From the sequence record ON529857.1: 64,000 nt of DNA; one strand, written 5' to 3'. Positions 1 to 9,507 of this stretch are shown here, one piece after another. The position numbers were made by a program, and so were the translations under genes. Under the pieces are notes generated by a model that did not search any database, was not told where the DNA came from, and was given only the letters and a program-made list of their open reading frames with translations. Position 1 is the stretch's first letter. Each line of letters begins with the position of its first letter.

Positions 1-66
1 GGGCGCCAGCGTGAAGGCACCTATTTCATGAAACCGGAAGACCTGGACGGTATGCTTGACGACTGA
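1..66 (+). CDS. 3' end of a gene entering from upstream (partial)
   Basis: Open frame GRQREGTYFMKPEDLDGMLDD ending in TGA at 64-66. Confidence 0.5.
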   Translation, partial: GRQREGTYFMKPEDLDGMLDD

Positions 67-89
67 AGAATTTCTTTACAGGAGCAATC

Positions 90-545
90 GTGGCGCTTGA
101 CAGCCGGATATACCGGCAGCTATTGACGTCCTTCATGACACCCGACGAAACACCCCTTGAGATTTACGCGAAGCAGCCGTGGCGGGAGGAGCAAGATTCC
201 GTCACGACGTTCGACGGCGTTCGATTGGAATGGACCGAACAGGACGAAGACGGCGCCTTTGTGGAGCGGGTTCACGAGAACCCCAACCTTGGCAGCGCGA
301 TCGCCTGGGGACGCCGTCGCCTGTTTCGGCATGACATCGTCGGACGTTCGATTACCCTTCGGTTCATCGAGCGCAAACAAAACCCTCACACCCAACGCAG
401 CTTCGCTGACGACAAGGCGGCTTATGAGATGAGCCTCGCCGGTTTCCGTCGGTGGCGCACGGGCGACCATCACTACGGCCTCTCGCGCGGACAGTCCGCT
501 CTGGATCGCTTGCAGCGCCGCATCTATCTGAAGGATCACGAATGA
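90..545 (+). CDS. hypothetical protein
   Basis: 151 aa ORF with GGAG RBS; stop overlaps the next ATG. Confidence 0.75.
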   Translation: MALDSRIYRQLLTSFMTPDETPLEIYAKQPWREEQDSVTTFDGVRLEWTEQDEDGAFVERVHENPNLGSAIAWGRRRLFRHDIVGRSITLRFIERKQNPHTQRSFADDKAAYEMSLAGFRRWRTGDHHYGLSRGQSALDRLQRRIYLKDHE

Positions 546-1639
546 CCGCCAACCCTGATGTCATGGTCTTCATCGGCCGGTTCCAGCCGGTCCATAACGG
601 GCATCTGGATGTCATCGGCCAGGCGCTGGAGAAGGCGCAGCGGCTGATCATCCTGGTCGGCTCCGCCAACCTGGCGCGCGACACCCGCAACCCCTTCACC
701 TATGAAGAGCGCGCGGCGTTGATCCGGTCCGCCATCGTGGAGAAGTTCGGCGAGGACGCCCTGCTGCGCGTCGTCGTCAATGCGGTCCCCGACAGCCCCT
801 ATGACCTCCAGGAATGGATCGAAACGGTCCAGATGGCGGTCAAGATGAACACCTCTCCGTTCGTGCGTCCTTCGATCGCCCTGACCGGACACGACCGAGA
901 CGAGACGTCCTTCTATCTGAAACTGTTCCCGCAGTGGCCCTACTTGGGTTGCGGCGACACCACCGGCATCAATGCGTCGCACCTGCGCGCAGACTTCTTC
1001 GGCGGCGGGGTCCAGTTCTACAGCAACTACTGGCGCGATTCGGGTCCGATCTGGCCGCAGGCGGCGCCCAAGGCGACGATCGACTTCCTGCACGCCTTCC
1101 GCGATCGACCGGAATACGCCCGCCTGCTCGCCGAGGCGAAGGCGGAAGCCGCCTACATCAAGAAGTATGGACCGGGACCGCACACGACCCTGGACGCGGT
1201 GGTGATTCAGTCCGGACACGTCCTGGTCGGCCGGCGCAAGGGCGAATATGGTCAGGGCATGCTGGCTCTGCCGGGCGGCTTCCTGGAAGTCGAACGCGGC
1301 GAAACCCTGCTCGACGGCGCCGTGCGGGAGTGCTTCGAAGAAACCCGGCTGTATGACCACTTCGGCCCGGACAACCTGATCACCGACGAACGACGGCGCA
1401 TGCTGCACACCCACCTGCGTGGGCGTGATGTGTTCGGCGATCCCAACCGGTCGCGGCGCGGGCGCATCATCACCCACGCCCACCTCTTCAAGTTGCCCGA
1501 TGACTATAGCCTGCCGAACGTCGCCGAGTGGGACGATCTGGGGGATGTGCACTGGATGCCGATCTCCGACGTCCGCGCCGACGAGTTCTTCGAGGACCAT
1601 GCCTTCATCATCGAGAAGATGATTCGGCAGTTCCTGTAA
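542..1639 (+). CDS. nadM: bifunctional NMN adenylyltransferase / Nudix ADP-ribose pyrophosphatase (NadM-Nudix)
   Basis: N-terminal GRFQPVHNGH (HxGH) and GSAN motifs; C-terminal Nudix box ALPGGF..E..ETLLDGAVRECFEET; start placed at ATG 542. Confidence 0.93.
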   Translation: MTANPDVMVFIGRFQPVHNGHLDVIGQALEKAQRLIILVGSANLARDTRNPFTYEERAALIRSAIVEKFGEDALLRVVVNAVPDSPYDLQEWIETVQMAVKMNTSPFVRPSIALTGHDRDETSFYLKLFPQWPYLGCGDTTGINASHLRADFFGGGVQFYSNYWRDSGPIWPQAAPKATIDFLHAFRDRPEYARLLAEAKAEAAYIKKYGPGPHTTLDAVVIQSGHVLVGRRKGEYGQGMLALPGGFLEVERGETLLDGAVRECFEETRLYDHFGPDNLITDERRRMLHTHLRGRDVFGDPNRSRRGRIITHAHLFKLPDDYSLPNVAEWDDLGDVHWMPISDVRADEFFEDHAFIIEKMIRQFL

Positions 1640-1674
1640 TCACGCAACATCAACTTCCTACGGGGGATACCTTC

Positions 1675-3105
1675 ATGACCATGCCGCACGATAGCGACAA
1701 CCTGCCGAACTACCTGGCGCCGCTGCCCTACAACCTGATCGCCGACACCGACAGCTACAAGCTGGGTCACTGGCGCCTGTATCGGAAGGGCACGACCACC
1801 GTCTACAGCTACATCGAGAGCCGGGGCGGCCGCTACGGCGAGGTGATGTTCGCCGGCCTCCAGCAGCTGCTCTATGAAAAGCTGGGTCAGCCGATCACCC
1901 GCGAACAGGTTGAGGAAATGGCGGCGTTCGTCCCCGCCCACGGCCTGCCCTTCAACCGCGAAGGCTGGGAGATCATTCTGAACGAATACGGCGGCCGCCT
2001 GCCGCTGCTGATCAAGTCGGTCCCCGAGGGCCTGGTGGTCCCGACGAAGAACGCCCTGTTCTCGATCGAGAACCTGGACCCGCGTCTGCCGTGGTTGACC
2101 TCCTACCTGGAGACGATGATCCTGCGCGACCTGTGGACGGCCTGCACGATTGCGACGCGCATCTTCTTCATGACGCGCCGCATCAACACCCACTGGGGAC
2201 AGTTCTCGGACAATCCGATGAGCCCGTTCGCCCTGCTCGACTTCTCGTCGCGCGGCACCATGGGCTATGACCACTCCGAGATCGGCGGCATCGCCTATCT
2301 GTTCCACTTCATGGGTTCGGACAACGTCCCGGCGGTCCGTGCCGCCAACTACTACTACTTCGACACCATGAGCGGTCATTCTGTCATGGCGGGCGAGCAT
2401 TCGATCTCCTGCTCCTTCGGCCGCGACAACGACGACGACTACATCCGCAACTCGCTGGAAGTGGTCGACCCCAAGACGCCGCTGTCGCTGGTCGGCGATT
2501 CCTGGGACATCTTCAAGTTCGCGCAGAAGGTCGTCACCAACCACAAGGAGCTGATCATCAACAAGGAGATCAGCTTCGTCACCCGCCCGGATTCCGGCGA
2601 CATTCCGACGGTGCTGCCGCCGGTGTTCCAGACCCTGGCGGCGGGCTTCGGCACCGACCGTAACGCCAAGGGCAGGGACGTCATCCGCTACGGCGCCAAG
2701 GTGCTGCAAGGCGACGGGATGAACGAAGACACCCACATGCAGCCGTTCGAGCTGGCGGACGCGCTCGGCATCGCTCCGGACAGCGTGATCACCGCCGCCG
2801 GCGGTGGTCTGATGACGGCGGACCTGGACCGCGACGTCAACAAGTGGGCGATGAAGGCGTCCGAGATGATCATCGACGGCGAACGCGTCGACATCTACAA
2901 GGACCCGATCACCGATCCGGGCAAGAAGTCCAAGCGTGGTCGCTTCGGCCTCGTCCGCGATGAGAACGGCGCGTTCCAGACGATCAACCGCGTCAATGAC
3001 GCCGAAGACCGCGCTGATCTGATCGAAGCGCGCTTCTACAAAGGCGACGTGATCAACGCCTCCACCCTGGCCCAGGTGCGCGAACGCGTCTCGGCCCAAC
3101 TCTGA
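1675..3105 (+). CDS. nadV: nicotinamide phosphoribosyltransferase (NAMPT)
   Basis: Motifs DTDSYKLGH, YSYIESRGG, LLDFSSRG, AGEHS, VTRPDSGD, VLQGDG, KDPITDPGKKSKRG. Confidence 0.93.
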   Translation: MTMPHDSDNLPNYLAPLPYNLIADTDSYKLGHWRLYRKGTTTVYSYIESRGGRYGEVMFAGLQQLLYEKLGQPITREQVEEMAAFVPAHGLPFNREGWEIILNEYGGRLPLLIKSVPEGLVVPTKNALFSIENLDPRLPWLTSYLETMILRDLWTACTIATRIFFMTRRINTHWGQFSDNPMSPFALLDFSSRGTMGYDHSEIGGIAYLFHFMGSDNVPAVRAANYYYFDTMSGHSVMAGEHSISCSFGRDNDDDYIRNSLEVVDPKTPLSLVGDSWDIFKFAQKVVTNHKELIINKEISFVTRPDSGDIPTVLPPVFQTLAAGFGTDRNAKGRDVIRYGAKVLQGDGMNEDTHMQPFELADALGIAPDSVITAAGGGLMTADLDRDVNKWAMKASEMIIDGERVDIYKDPITDPGKKSKRGRFGLVRDENGAFQTINRVNDAEDRADLIEARFYKGDVINASTLAQVRERVSAQL

Positions 3106-3113
3106 AGGACCCT

Positions 3114-3488
3114 ATGAGCATCATCAAAGGCACCGCCACGGTCAATCCGCCGCCGCTGGCTCCGCTGAAAGCAACCTGGACCGTGGACGTGAAAGCTAAG
3201 ACTTCCACGGCCTCCGTTCTGGGCGGCGAGGCGGTCATCACCCGGCGAGAAGACGGGCGTTTCGGCGCCGTTTTCACTCTGGAGATGACCGACGACAAGG
3301 GCGTCAAGACGGGAGAAATCACGCAACGCCTGCGGCTGGACGACTGCACGTCGCTGGATGTGGCGCAGCAGCGTTGTGAGACCCTGATCCGCGAGACGCT
3401 GCACAAGACCAATCCGGACCTGCTCGCGAAACAGATCGCGCTGGAAACCGCCGAGACGGTCGCCAAGGCCGCGCCTGATCCTTTCTAA
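3114..3488 (+). CDS. hypothetical protein
   Basis: 124 aa ORF with AAGGA RBS. Confidence 0.75.
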   Translation: MSIIKGTATVNPPPLAPLKATWTVDVKAKTSTASVLGGEAVITRREDGRFGAVFTLEMTDDKGVKTGEITQRLRLDDCTSLDVAQQRCETLIRETLHKTNPDLLAKQIALETAETVAKAAPDPF

Positions 3489-3494
3489 CACTGC

Positions 3495-3518
3495 GGGCGG
3501 CTTCGGCCGCCCGTCTTC
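3495..3518 (+). terminator. hairpin, possible terminator or processing site
   Basis: GGGCGGC-TTCG-GCCGCCC followed by a short GTCTTC tail. Confidence 0.45.
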
Positions 3519-3531
3519 TACGGGGGCTTCG

Positions 3532-3861
3532 ATGCGCCATCTTTTGATGATTCTGGGCCTGGGCGCGCTGGCGTTGACGGGATGCCGGGACGCCTCTTCT
3601 CCGGCGGAACGTCGCGCGGCGGCTGAGGCCCGCGCGGCCCGCGACCATGCCAATGAGCTGAAGGCGCAGCAGCACGAAGCGGCTCGCACCTATTACGCAA
3701 CGATGCAGCTGGTTCGGGTCTGCGCCGGTGGCGCTTCAACCTCCTTTGTTCATCAGGGGCGCGATGGGCGTCTGTGGCTGTCGCCCTACATGGACCCTGG
3801 AACCGACCCGCGATACTACTACGCCGTCGCCCCGGCGATCCGCATCAGCGAGGTCTGCTGA
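3532..3861 (+). CDS. putative lipoprotein
   Basis: Signal peptide ending in lipobox ALTGC. Confidence 0.75.
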   Translation: MRHLLMILGLGALALTGCRDASSPAERRAAAEARAARDHANELKAQQHEAARTYYATMQLVRVCAGGASTSFVHQGRDGRLWLSPYMDPGTDPRYYYAVAPAIRISEVC

Positions 3862-4172
3862 TGGCCCTGCCCGGCGCCCCTGAAGAACGTCTCGCCCGTG
3901 CTCGGCAGTATGGCTACATGGTCGATGACAGTCTCGACGGCTATCCGATCGACCACAACATGCGCTTCCAGGCCCAGACGTTCAGCCTCGATTACGGCTG
4001 GGTCAACATCTGGAGCCTAAACGGTGAATTCCGCTCCGACGACGCGTCGAAGTTGATCCCGATCTGCGAGGAATTCGTCAAAGAGCGCCAACTGCGTGCT
4101 CGGATCGTCGAACTCGTCCCCACCATTCATCAGACCTTTGAGGTCCAGGAGCCCGCGCATGCGCAAGTTTGA
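3861..4172 (+). CDS. hypothetical protein
   Basis: ATG coupled to the previous TGA; host-like codon usage. Confidence 0.7.
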   Translation: MALPGAPEERLARARQYGYMVDDSLDGYPIDHNMRFQAQTFSLDYGWVNIWSLNGEFRSDDASKLIPICEEFVKERQLRARIVELVPTIHQTFEVQEPAHAQV

Positions 4173-4464
4173 AGCCAGGGTCAGCGCCGAGTTTGAGATC
4201 GAGATCGATCCGACCAAGATCACGCCCGAAGTTCTGGAATCTTTTTCCAGTATGATCACCAGCGTGGGCAGCCTGGAAGAGCTGGCGGAATACCTCGCCG
4301 ACACCTATGCACGGGGCGTCTACACCAACGGCTCCTTCATTGAAGGGCTGGGCGACTCCAAGGAGATGGGCATCCGGTTCATCGGCACCAACGGGGCCGG
4401 AGATTTCGGCCTGAATCGGGTCTGGGTCGAAGTCGATGACGTCACGCCGGCGGAGGCCGTCTGA
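4159..4464 (+). CDS. hypothetical protein
   Basis: GGAG RBS before ATG 4159; acidic 101 aa protein. Confidence 0.7.
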   Translation: MRKFEARVSAEFEIEIDPTKITPEVLESFSSMITSVGSLEELAEYLADTYARGVYTNGSFIEGLGDSKEMGIRFIGTNGAGDFGLNRVWVEVDDVTPAEAV

Positions 4465-4973
4465 TGGGCTGGGCCAACTGTGGTGAAGATTCCAAGGGCC
4501 GTCCGATCGGATACGCTCATGCGGCGAAGTGCGATCATGAGGGCTGTAAGGCGACGATTGATCGCGGACTGAGTTACGCCTGCGGCGGCATGCACGGCGA
4601 AGGCGAGACCTGCGAAGGTTACTTCTGCGGCGCGCACATGACGACCCGCCACCTGCCGGGTGAAGGGCATTGGGCGCATGTCTGCATGGCGTGCGCCGCC
4701 CAGCTGGACGAAGCCGAATCGCGCGACTACGCGGAGGCTCTGATTGATGTGGCCCGCACCTTACTGGCGATCGAGCTGGACGAACCCGCCGCCGCCCAGG
4801 GCTTGCTGGAAAAGGCGCTCTACGCGCTCTACGAGGTGAAGAGGACCTGGGGCGAGACCGACACCATGCCGATCGATTCGCGGTTCATGCTCGACAGCGA
4901 ACTGGCCCGCGCCGAGAACACCCAGATGTTCATCGCGGAAATGCAGGCGAAGCGTGACGCTCCGGTGGACTGA
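4464..4973 (+). CDS. hypothetical Cys/His-rich (zinc-finger-like) protein
   Basis: CDHEGC, YACGGMH, CEGYFC and CMAC clusters; start coupled to the previous stop. Confidence 0.7.
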   Translation: MGWANCGEDSKGRPIGYAHAAKCDHEGCKATIDRGLSYACGGMHGEGETCEGYFCGAHMTTRHLPGEGHWAHVCMACAAQLDEAESRDYAEALIDVARTLLAIELDEPAAAQGLLEKALYALYEVKRTWGETDTMPIDSRFMLDSELARAENTQMFIAEMQAKRDAPVD

Positions 4974-5226
4974 TTCGGTCGCCGACCGCGCCTTGTCGGA
5001 CCAGAGGATCGAATCGGCGCCCGCCGAGGTGCGGGCGCTTTTCCACGAATTCCAGGAAAACTGGGTCTATGACGCCTTGTCGATGGCGGGGATCAACGGA
5101 CCGCCCGAGAACTACACCCCCGAGCAGATCGCCGAGGGTGTCGAGATCGCCCGCAAGCTGTTGGAGACGCAACGCCGGCGGGACCAGGAGGCGTTGCTGG
5201 CCTCTTACAAAGGAACAACGCGATGA
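4954..5226 (+). CDS. hypothetical protein
   Basis: 90 aa ORF in a tight operon. Confidence 0.6.
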   Translation: MTLRWTDSVADRALSDQRIESAPAEVRALFHEFQENWVYDALSMAGINGPPENYTPEQIAEGVEIARKLLETQRRRDQEALLASYKGTTR

Positions 5227-5429
5227 ACGGCGAATCACTGGTGGGCAGGCTGATGACGCACCGATTTCGCAATCAGAAAGACATTGTGCCCTGCGCGCGT
5301 TGGCTGGCCGCGAGAGGCGTCACCGTTGAGGAATACCGCGCAAGACGAAAAGCGGCCTTGGAACGCTTTGAGAAGCGACATCCCGAAGTGGTCACGGCCG
5401 TCGACGCCATCCTACACGGGAACCGTTGA
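5223..5429 (+). CDS. hypothetical protein
   Basis: 68 aa; ATGA overlap; AAGGA RBS. Confidence 0.65.
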   Translation: MNGESLVGRLMTHRFRNQKDIVPCARWLAARGVTVEEYRARRKAALERFEKRHPEVVTAVDAILHGNR

Positions 5430-5451
5430 CAGTCAGGATTCCTGAAGGTAG

Positions 5452-5985
5452 GTGTCAGTCATGGAAACCCTCCACACTGACGCCATTCTTTCAGGCGAGA
5501 CGCCGCCCCTCTACCGCTACTGGCTGGAACGATGCTGGGACGACCAGCGGCCGGTCATGGTCTGGGTGATGCTGAACCCTTCGACGGCCGACCATACGGT
5601 GAACGACCCCACCATCCTGGCCTGTATGGATTTCGCCCGGCGTACCGGGTGCGGGTCGATCGTGGTGGTCAACCTCTACGCCTTCCGTTCACCCCATCCC
5701 AAGGTGATGAAGGCGGCGGAAAACCCTGTCGGACCGCTGAACTACGACTATCTGCGCCGTGCGATGCAGCTGGTCCGCGACCGTCCGGGGTCGCTGGCGA
5801 TCTGCGGTTGGGGTCGCGGCGACTTCAACTACATGGCCCTGGGCCTGCGGCGCCACGCTCAGGAGGCCGGCGTATCGCTGCATTGCTTCGGCGTCACGAA
5901 GGATGGGCATCCGAAACACCCGCTGGCGCGAGGGCTGCACCGCATCCCGCGCGATACGGCGCCGATTGCCTATGAGGTGATGTGA
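5452..5985 (+). CDS. DUF1643 family protein
   Basis: YRYWLERCWD, VMLNPSTAD..NDPTI, VVNLYAFRSPHP and HPKHPL match the family signature. Confidence 0.88.
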   Translation: MSVMETLHTDAILSGETPPLYRYWLERCWDDQRPVMVWVMLNPSTADHTVNDPTILACMDFARRTGCGSIVVVNLYAFRSPHPKVMKAAENPVGPLNYDYLRRAMQLVRDRPGSLAICGWGRGDFNYMALGLRRHAQEAGVSLHCFGVTKDGHPKHPLARGLHRIPRDTAPIAYEVM

Positions 5986-6497
5986 TGGTTAGCGCCCTGA
6001 TCCGGAGTTACGACGACTACATGACCCAGCCGTGGGCGGACATACCGAGCGCTCGGCGACATGAGCAGGAAGCGAACGACCTGCTTCAAGCCCTGGAGGC
6101 TGCGCTCTCTGAGACTTCCTCTCGGTGGCTGATGCCGATCGGAAGCACGCTGGACTACTGGGGTGATTGGAATTGGGTGGCTAACACCTATCCGAAAGAT
6201 TTCCTTGAAGCCTGGGTTTGGGGTCCCTTGGGAGAATTTGTCGGAATTCCGAGAACGCCCGACGTTAATCGCGAAGTTCAGGAATTCCAAAACCACTACG
6301 GCCGAGATCGTCGTTTCAGTTCGAGCGGATTCTGTAAAGGTCCGTTTCCGATGAGAAATGGCATGCTCGTATATTGTAGCGATCGCGGTGTTTATGACCA
6401 CAACTCCACCATACTGCTGGGGTTCAAAGATTATAATTCGTTGGACCGTCATCTGATTAGATTCGCTCAACTTGCGGGGATTGACCATGGCCGCTGA
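5985..6497 (+). CDS. hypothetical protein with lower GC than its neighbours
   Basis: Coupled ORF with visibly more A/T-ending codons. Confidence 0.6.
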   Translation: MVSALIRSYDDYMTQPWADIPSARRHEQEANDLLQALEAALSETSSRWLMPIGSTLDYWGDWNWVANTYPKDFLEAWVWGPLGEFVGIPRTPDVNREVQEFQNHYGRDRRFSSSGFCKGPFPMRNGMLVYCSDRGVYDHNSTILLGFKDYNSLDRHLIRFAQLAGIDHGR

Positions 6498-7005
6498 ACT
6501 TCATTTGACGATCAATCCGGTGAACATGGGCTTGCTGCGTATCGCGGCGGATCAGGACGCTTTGGAGCGGTGGGCCGGCGCCCTGGTCTCGGGCGCCTAC
6601 AAGCTCGGCAACGACACCTTGCGCACCGGGGATGACGTCTTTGACGCCTTCGGCGTCCTGGCGGACCTCCATCACGCCGAATGGGTTTGGGATGAGTTTG
6701 AAGACGCCTGGACGTTGGTAGGCGACGCCTACATCCCGCGTGTGGGTGACGTGCGCCGCTGGTTGGGCGTGTCGCCCTCGGTTCCAGACTCGCGGGTGAA
6801 CGAATTCATCCGCCGTGTGCAGGCGGTATCCCTCACCGACGGCGGCAAGAGCCTCGCGGGCCTGCTGCCGCAGATGTTGGAAAAGGAATCCCTCTTCACC
6901 GAAATGGATCGGATGCTTCATCGTCTTCGGCGAGAAGAACCGCGATACCTTCGCATCGACAACACGATACCCCTGAGGGGTTCTAAGTCGAGGTGGATGG
7001 TGTGA
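6487..7005 (+). CDS. hypothetical protein
   Basis: GGGGA RBS before ATG 6487. Confidence 0.7.
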   Translation: MAAELHLTINPVNMGLLRIAADQDALERWAGALVSGAYKLGNDTLRTGDDVFDAFGVLADLHHAEWVWDEFEDAWTLVGDAYIPRVGDVRRWLGVSPSVPDSRVNEFIRRVQAVSLTDGGKSLAGLLPQMLEKESLFTEMDRMLHRLRREEPRYLRIDNTIPLRGSKSRWMV

Positions 7006-7412
7006 CCGCGAATATCATAGTGTGCGGTGGTCGGGTGGGTAGAAACCTGACGCGTAATCGGGTCTGGGCGGTTCTGGATCATTTGCGACCCAACTGGCCG
7101 GAATCGTTCCGTATCGTTCAAGGGGCGGCGGACTTCACGGATCGGTGGGCCGGGGGCTGGGCGGTGTCACGCCGCGTCCCGATGCAACCGGTGCCGATAG
7201 ACGCCGTGTTTGACGGCGATCTAGGCGATGCCCCGTTCAACCGCAATCAACGAATGGCGGACCATTTTCCGCCCTACGCCTGCGTCGGATTTCCCGGCGG
7301 AGGCGGCACCCTCCACATGATGAAAATCTGTCACGAACTCGGCTGTCCCGTCGCCGATGTCGAGCTGGAGCATGACGGGACGTTCAAGGTTCATTGGTGG
7401 CCTCAAAAATGA
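7002..7412 (+). CDS. SLOG-family protein (DUF2493/YspA-related)
   Basis: IIVCGGR, IVQGAA..TDRWAGGWA and CVGFPGGGGTLHM motifs. Confidence 0.8.
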   Translation: MTANIIVCGGRVGRNLTRNRVWAVLDHLRPNWPESFRIVQGAADFTDRWAGGWAVSRRVPMQPVPIDAVFDGDLGDAPFNRNQRMADHFPPYACVGFPGGGGTLHMMKICHELGCPVADVELEHDGTFKVHWWPQK

Positions 7413-8692
7413 CGGCAATGGAAAACGAAGACATCGTCTGGCTGGATACGGCGCCAGGTCCGACCCTGGTCATGACCAACGATGGCGCGGTGTGGCGCTA
7501 TCGCACGCTCTACAAGATCGACGCGCTCGGCAAGGTGCGAGCCTGGTTCATGGAACGTCAGGATGAGAAGCATCGCGTGGTCGCCGGCCACGACGGGGGC
7601 TCTCTGGTCAAGAACGGCTGGACGGTCTGTCGTTCGAAGGGCAAGGGCAAGGCGCAGACGACGCCGATCCAGCAATGCCTGAAGGAGATCGAGGCCCTCT
7701 ACAAGAAGGCGCTCGATCGCGACTATTACGAAACGCCGGAAGAGGCCGCCGGCCCGCAGCGCAACTATTTGCCGATGCTGGCGGAGAAGTGGGACGACAC
7801 CACCTGGGAGAAATGGCTGGCGCGGGTGGCGAAGGCCGGCGTCACGCCGCCCGAAGGACAGACAGGAGCCTACTTCCAGCCCAAACTGGATGGATACTGC
7901 TGCATAAGTCGGGACGCGACGTTGCAGTCTCGTGAGGGCTTGCCGATCCTGACGGCGGATCACATCGTCCGGGCCTTGCAACCTTTCTATGACATGTTCC
8001 CTGGCCGCCCGCTCCATGGTGAGCTCTATAATCACGATCTGCGCGACGAATTCGAAGAGCTGAACTCCCTGTTGAAAAAGCAGAAGGGAATCACCGCCGA
8101 ACATCGCGCCGAGGTCGAAGCGAAGGTCCAGTATCACCTCTACGACTACCCCGGCGCCGGTGAACACTTGCCGTTCGGCGAGCGTTTCGCTGCTCTGGAG
8201 CGCGATCTGCGGCTGGCCGGCGTGGACCTGTCGACGGGCGTCATCCAGATCGTCGTCACCACGCCTGTGCGCGATGAAGCCCATCTGCTGGAGCTGACCG
8301 ACCAGGCGATCGACGATGAATACGAGGGTGGCATCGGGCGCCTGGACCTGCCCTACGAGAAGGCGAAGCGTTCCTGGGGCGTCATCAAGATCAAGTTCTT
8401 CGACGACGACGAATTCGACTTCATCCGCGCTGAATCGGGTGTCGGCAACTACGCCGGTTACGCCAAGCGTGCGATCTGCTGGTTGCCGGGGGCCGATCGT
8501 TCCATGGGTGAGACGAAACACAACACCTTCGAATCCGGTATTCGCGGCAAGCGGAATCAGAAACTGCGCGATCTGCTGGAGGAGCCGCCCGGCGTCGTCA
8601 CGATCCGATATTTCGGCTACACCAAGGGCGGCAAGGGTAAGCCGCGCTTCGGGGTGGTGACCAAGTGGCACGGCGAAGCGAGGGTGCTGTGA
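7409..8692 (+). CDS. lig: ATP-dependent DNA ligase with an N-terminal WGR-like extension
   Basis: Motif I QPKLDG; LHGELY; YHLYDY; YEGGIGR; YEKAKRS..VIKIK; C-terminal OB fold TIRYFGYT..KPRF. Confidence 0.92.
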   Translation: MTAMENEDIVWLDTAPGPTLVMTNDGAVWRYRTLYKIDALGKVRAWFMERQDEKHRVVAGHDGGSLVKNGWTVCRSKGKGKAQTTPIQQCLKEIEALYKKALDRDYYETPEEAAGPQRNYLPMLAEKWDDTTWEKWLARVAKAGVTPPEGQTGAYFQPKLDGYCCISRDATLQSREGLPILTADHIVRALQPFYDMFPGRPLHGELYNHDLRDEFEELNSLLKKQKGITAEHRAEVEAKVQYHLYDYPGAGEHLPFGERFAALERDLRLAGVDLSTGVIQIVVTTPVRDEAHLLELTDQAIDDEYEGGIGRLDLPYEKAKRSWGVIKIKFFDDDEFDFIRAESGVGNYAGYAKRAICWLPGADRSMGETKHNTFESGIRGKRNQKLRDLLEEPPGVVTIRYFGYTKGGKGKPRFGVVTKWHGEARVL

Positions 8693-8958
8693 TGGACCCG
8701 TTTTCGAAAACGCTCGCGATCGGATTCGCGGTCCTGGCGGTGATCGGCTTCATCGCCTTCCTTGTCCATGAAAGTCTGCGCGTGGTGAAAGCGATTCGGG
8801 CGGGGCAGTTCTTGGCTTTTGTCCGGCAAGTGTTGACAAACGCACGAAGCGAAGCGATAGCCTGGGTCTTCATCCTGGTGATTCTCTTCATCCTCTTCTG
8901 CGGCGTCTATGCGGTCGGATTCCTGGCCGAAACCATCGTCGCCGCGCTCGGCTTTTAA
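8692..8958 (+). CDS. hypothetical membrane protein
   Basis: Two hydrophobic segments; start coupled to the ligase stop. Confidence 0.7.
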   Translation: MDPFSKTLAIGFAVLAVIGFIAFLVHESLRVVKAIRAGQFLAFVRQVLTNARSEAIAWVFILVILFILFCGVYAVGFLAETIVAALGF

Positions 8959-8971
8959 ACGAAAGGCTTCT

Positions 8972-9448
8972 ATGTTTCTCCTTCAATCCTTGAAAGACCT
9001 GGCGTTGGAACGCCGCAAGGCTTCCATGAAGGGCGAAGGCGGGGAGCACGCTCCCTTCCTGTCCATGCTTCTGTCTGACGTCTACGCCCTAGCGAAGATG
9101 CAGCAGCGCGATCCCACGGACACGGACGCTGAGAAGGTTCTGCGCCTGTCGCTGTCCAGCCTGTCGAAATCTATCGACGGGGACGAGGCGCGCGGCATCC
9201 AAGCGCTTCCGGCCGATGATCCATTCACGCAAAACCTGGTCGCCCAGCGCGGCTTGATCGAGGGTCTGCTGCCGGCCAAACTGACGCTGGATGAGCACCG
9301 AATGGCGGTGCGCGACGCGGCTCAGGCCAAGGAGCTGGAAATCGCTCCGGGGTCGATCGGCCCGATCATGAAGGCGCTGAAGGCAGAGTTCGGGGAGCGC
9401 ATCGACGGGGCGATCGTCAAGACGCTCCTGGCGACCGGCGACTGCTGA
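8972..9448 (+). CDS. GatB/YqeY-like domain protein
   Basis: All-helical pattern ending IGPIMKALKAEFGERIDGAIVKTLL resembles the YqeY C-terminus. Confidence 0.6.
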   Translation: MFLLQSLKDLALERRKASMKGEGGEHAPFLSMLLSDVYALAKMQQRDPTDTDAEKVLRLSLSSLSKSIDGDEARGIQALPADDPFTQNLVAQRGLIEGLLPAKLTLDEHRMAVRDAAQAKELEIAPGSIGPIMKALKAEFGERIDGAIVKTLLATGDC

Positions 9449-9467
9449 ACACGCTGCACTACTCTAA

Positions 9468-9507
9468 AAGAAGAGCCCCGCCGGAACACCGGCGGGGCTT
9501 TTTGTTT
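9468..9507. terminator. bidirectional intrinsic terminator
   Basis: AGCCCCGCCGG-AACA-CCGGCGGGGCT with A-rich and T-rich flanks between convergent genes. Confidence 0.85.
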
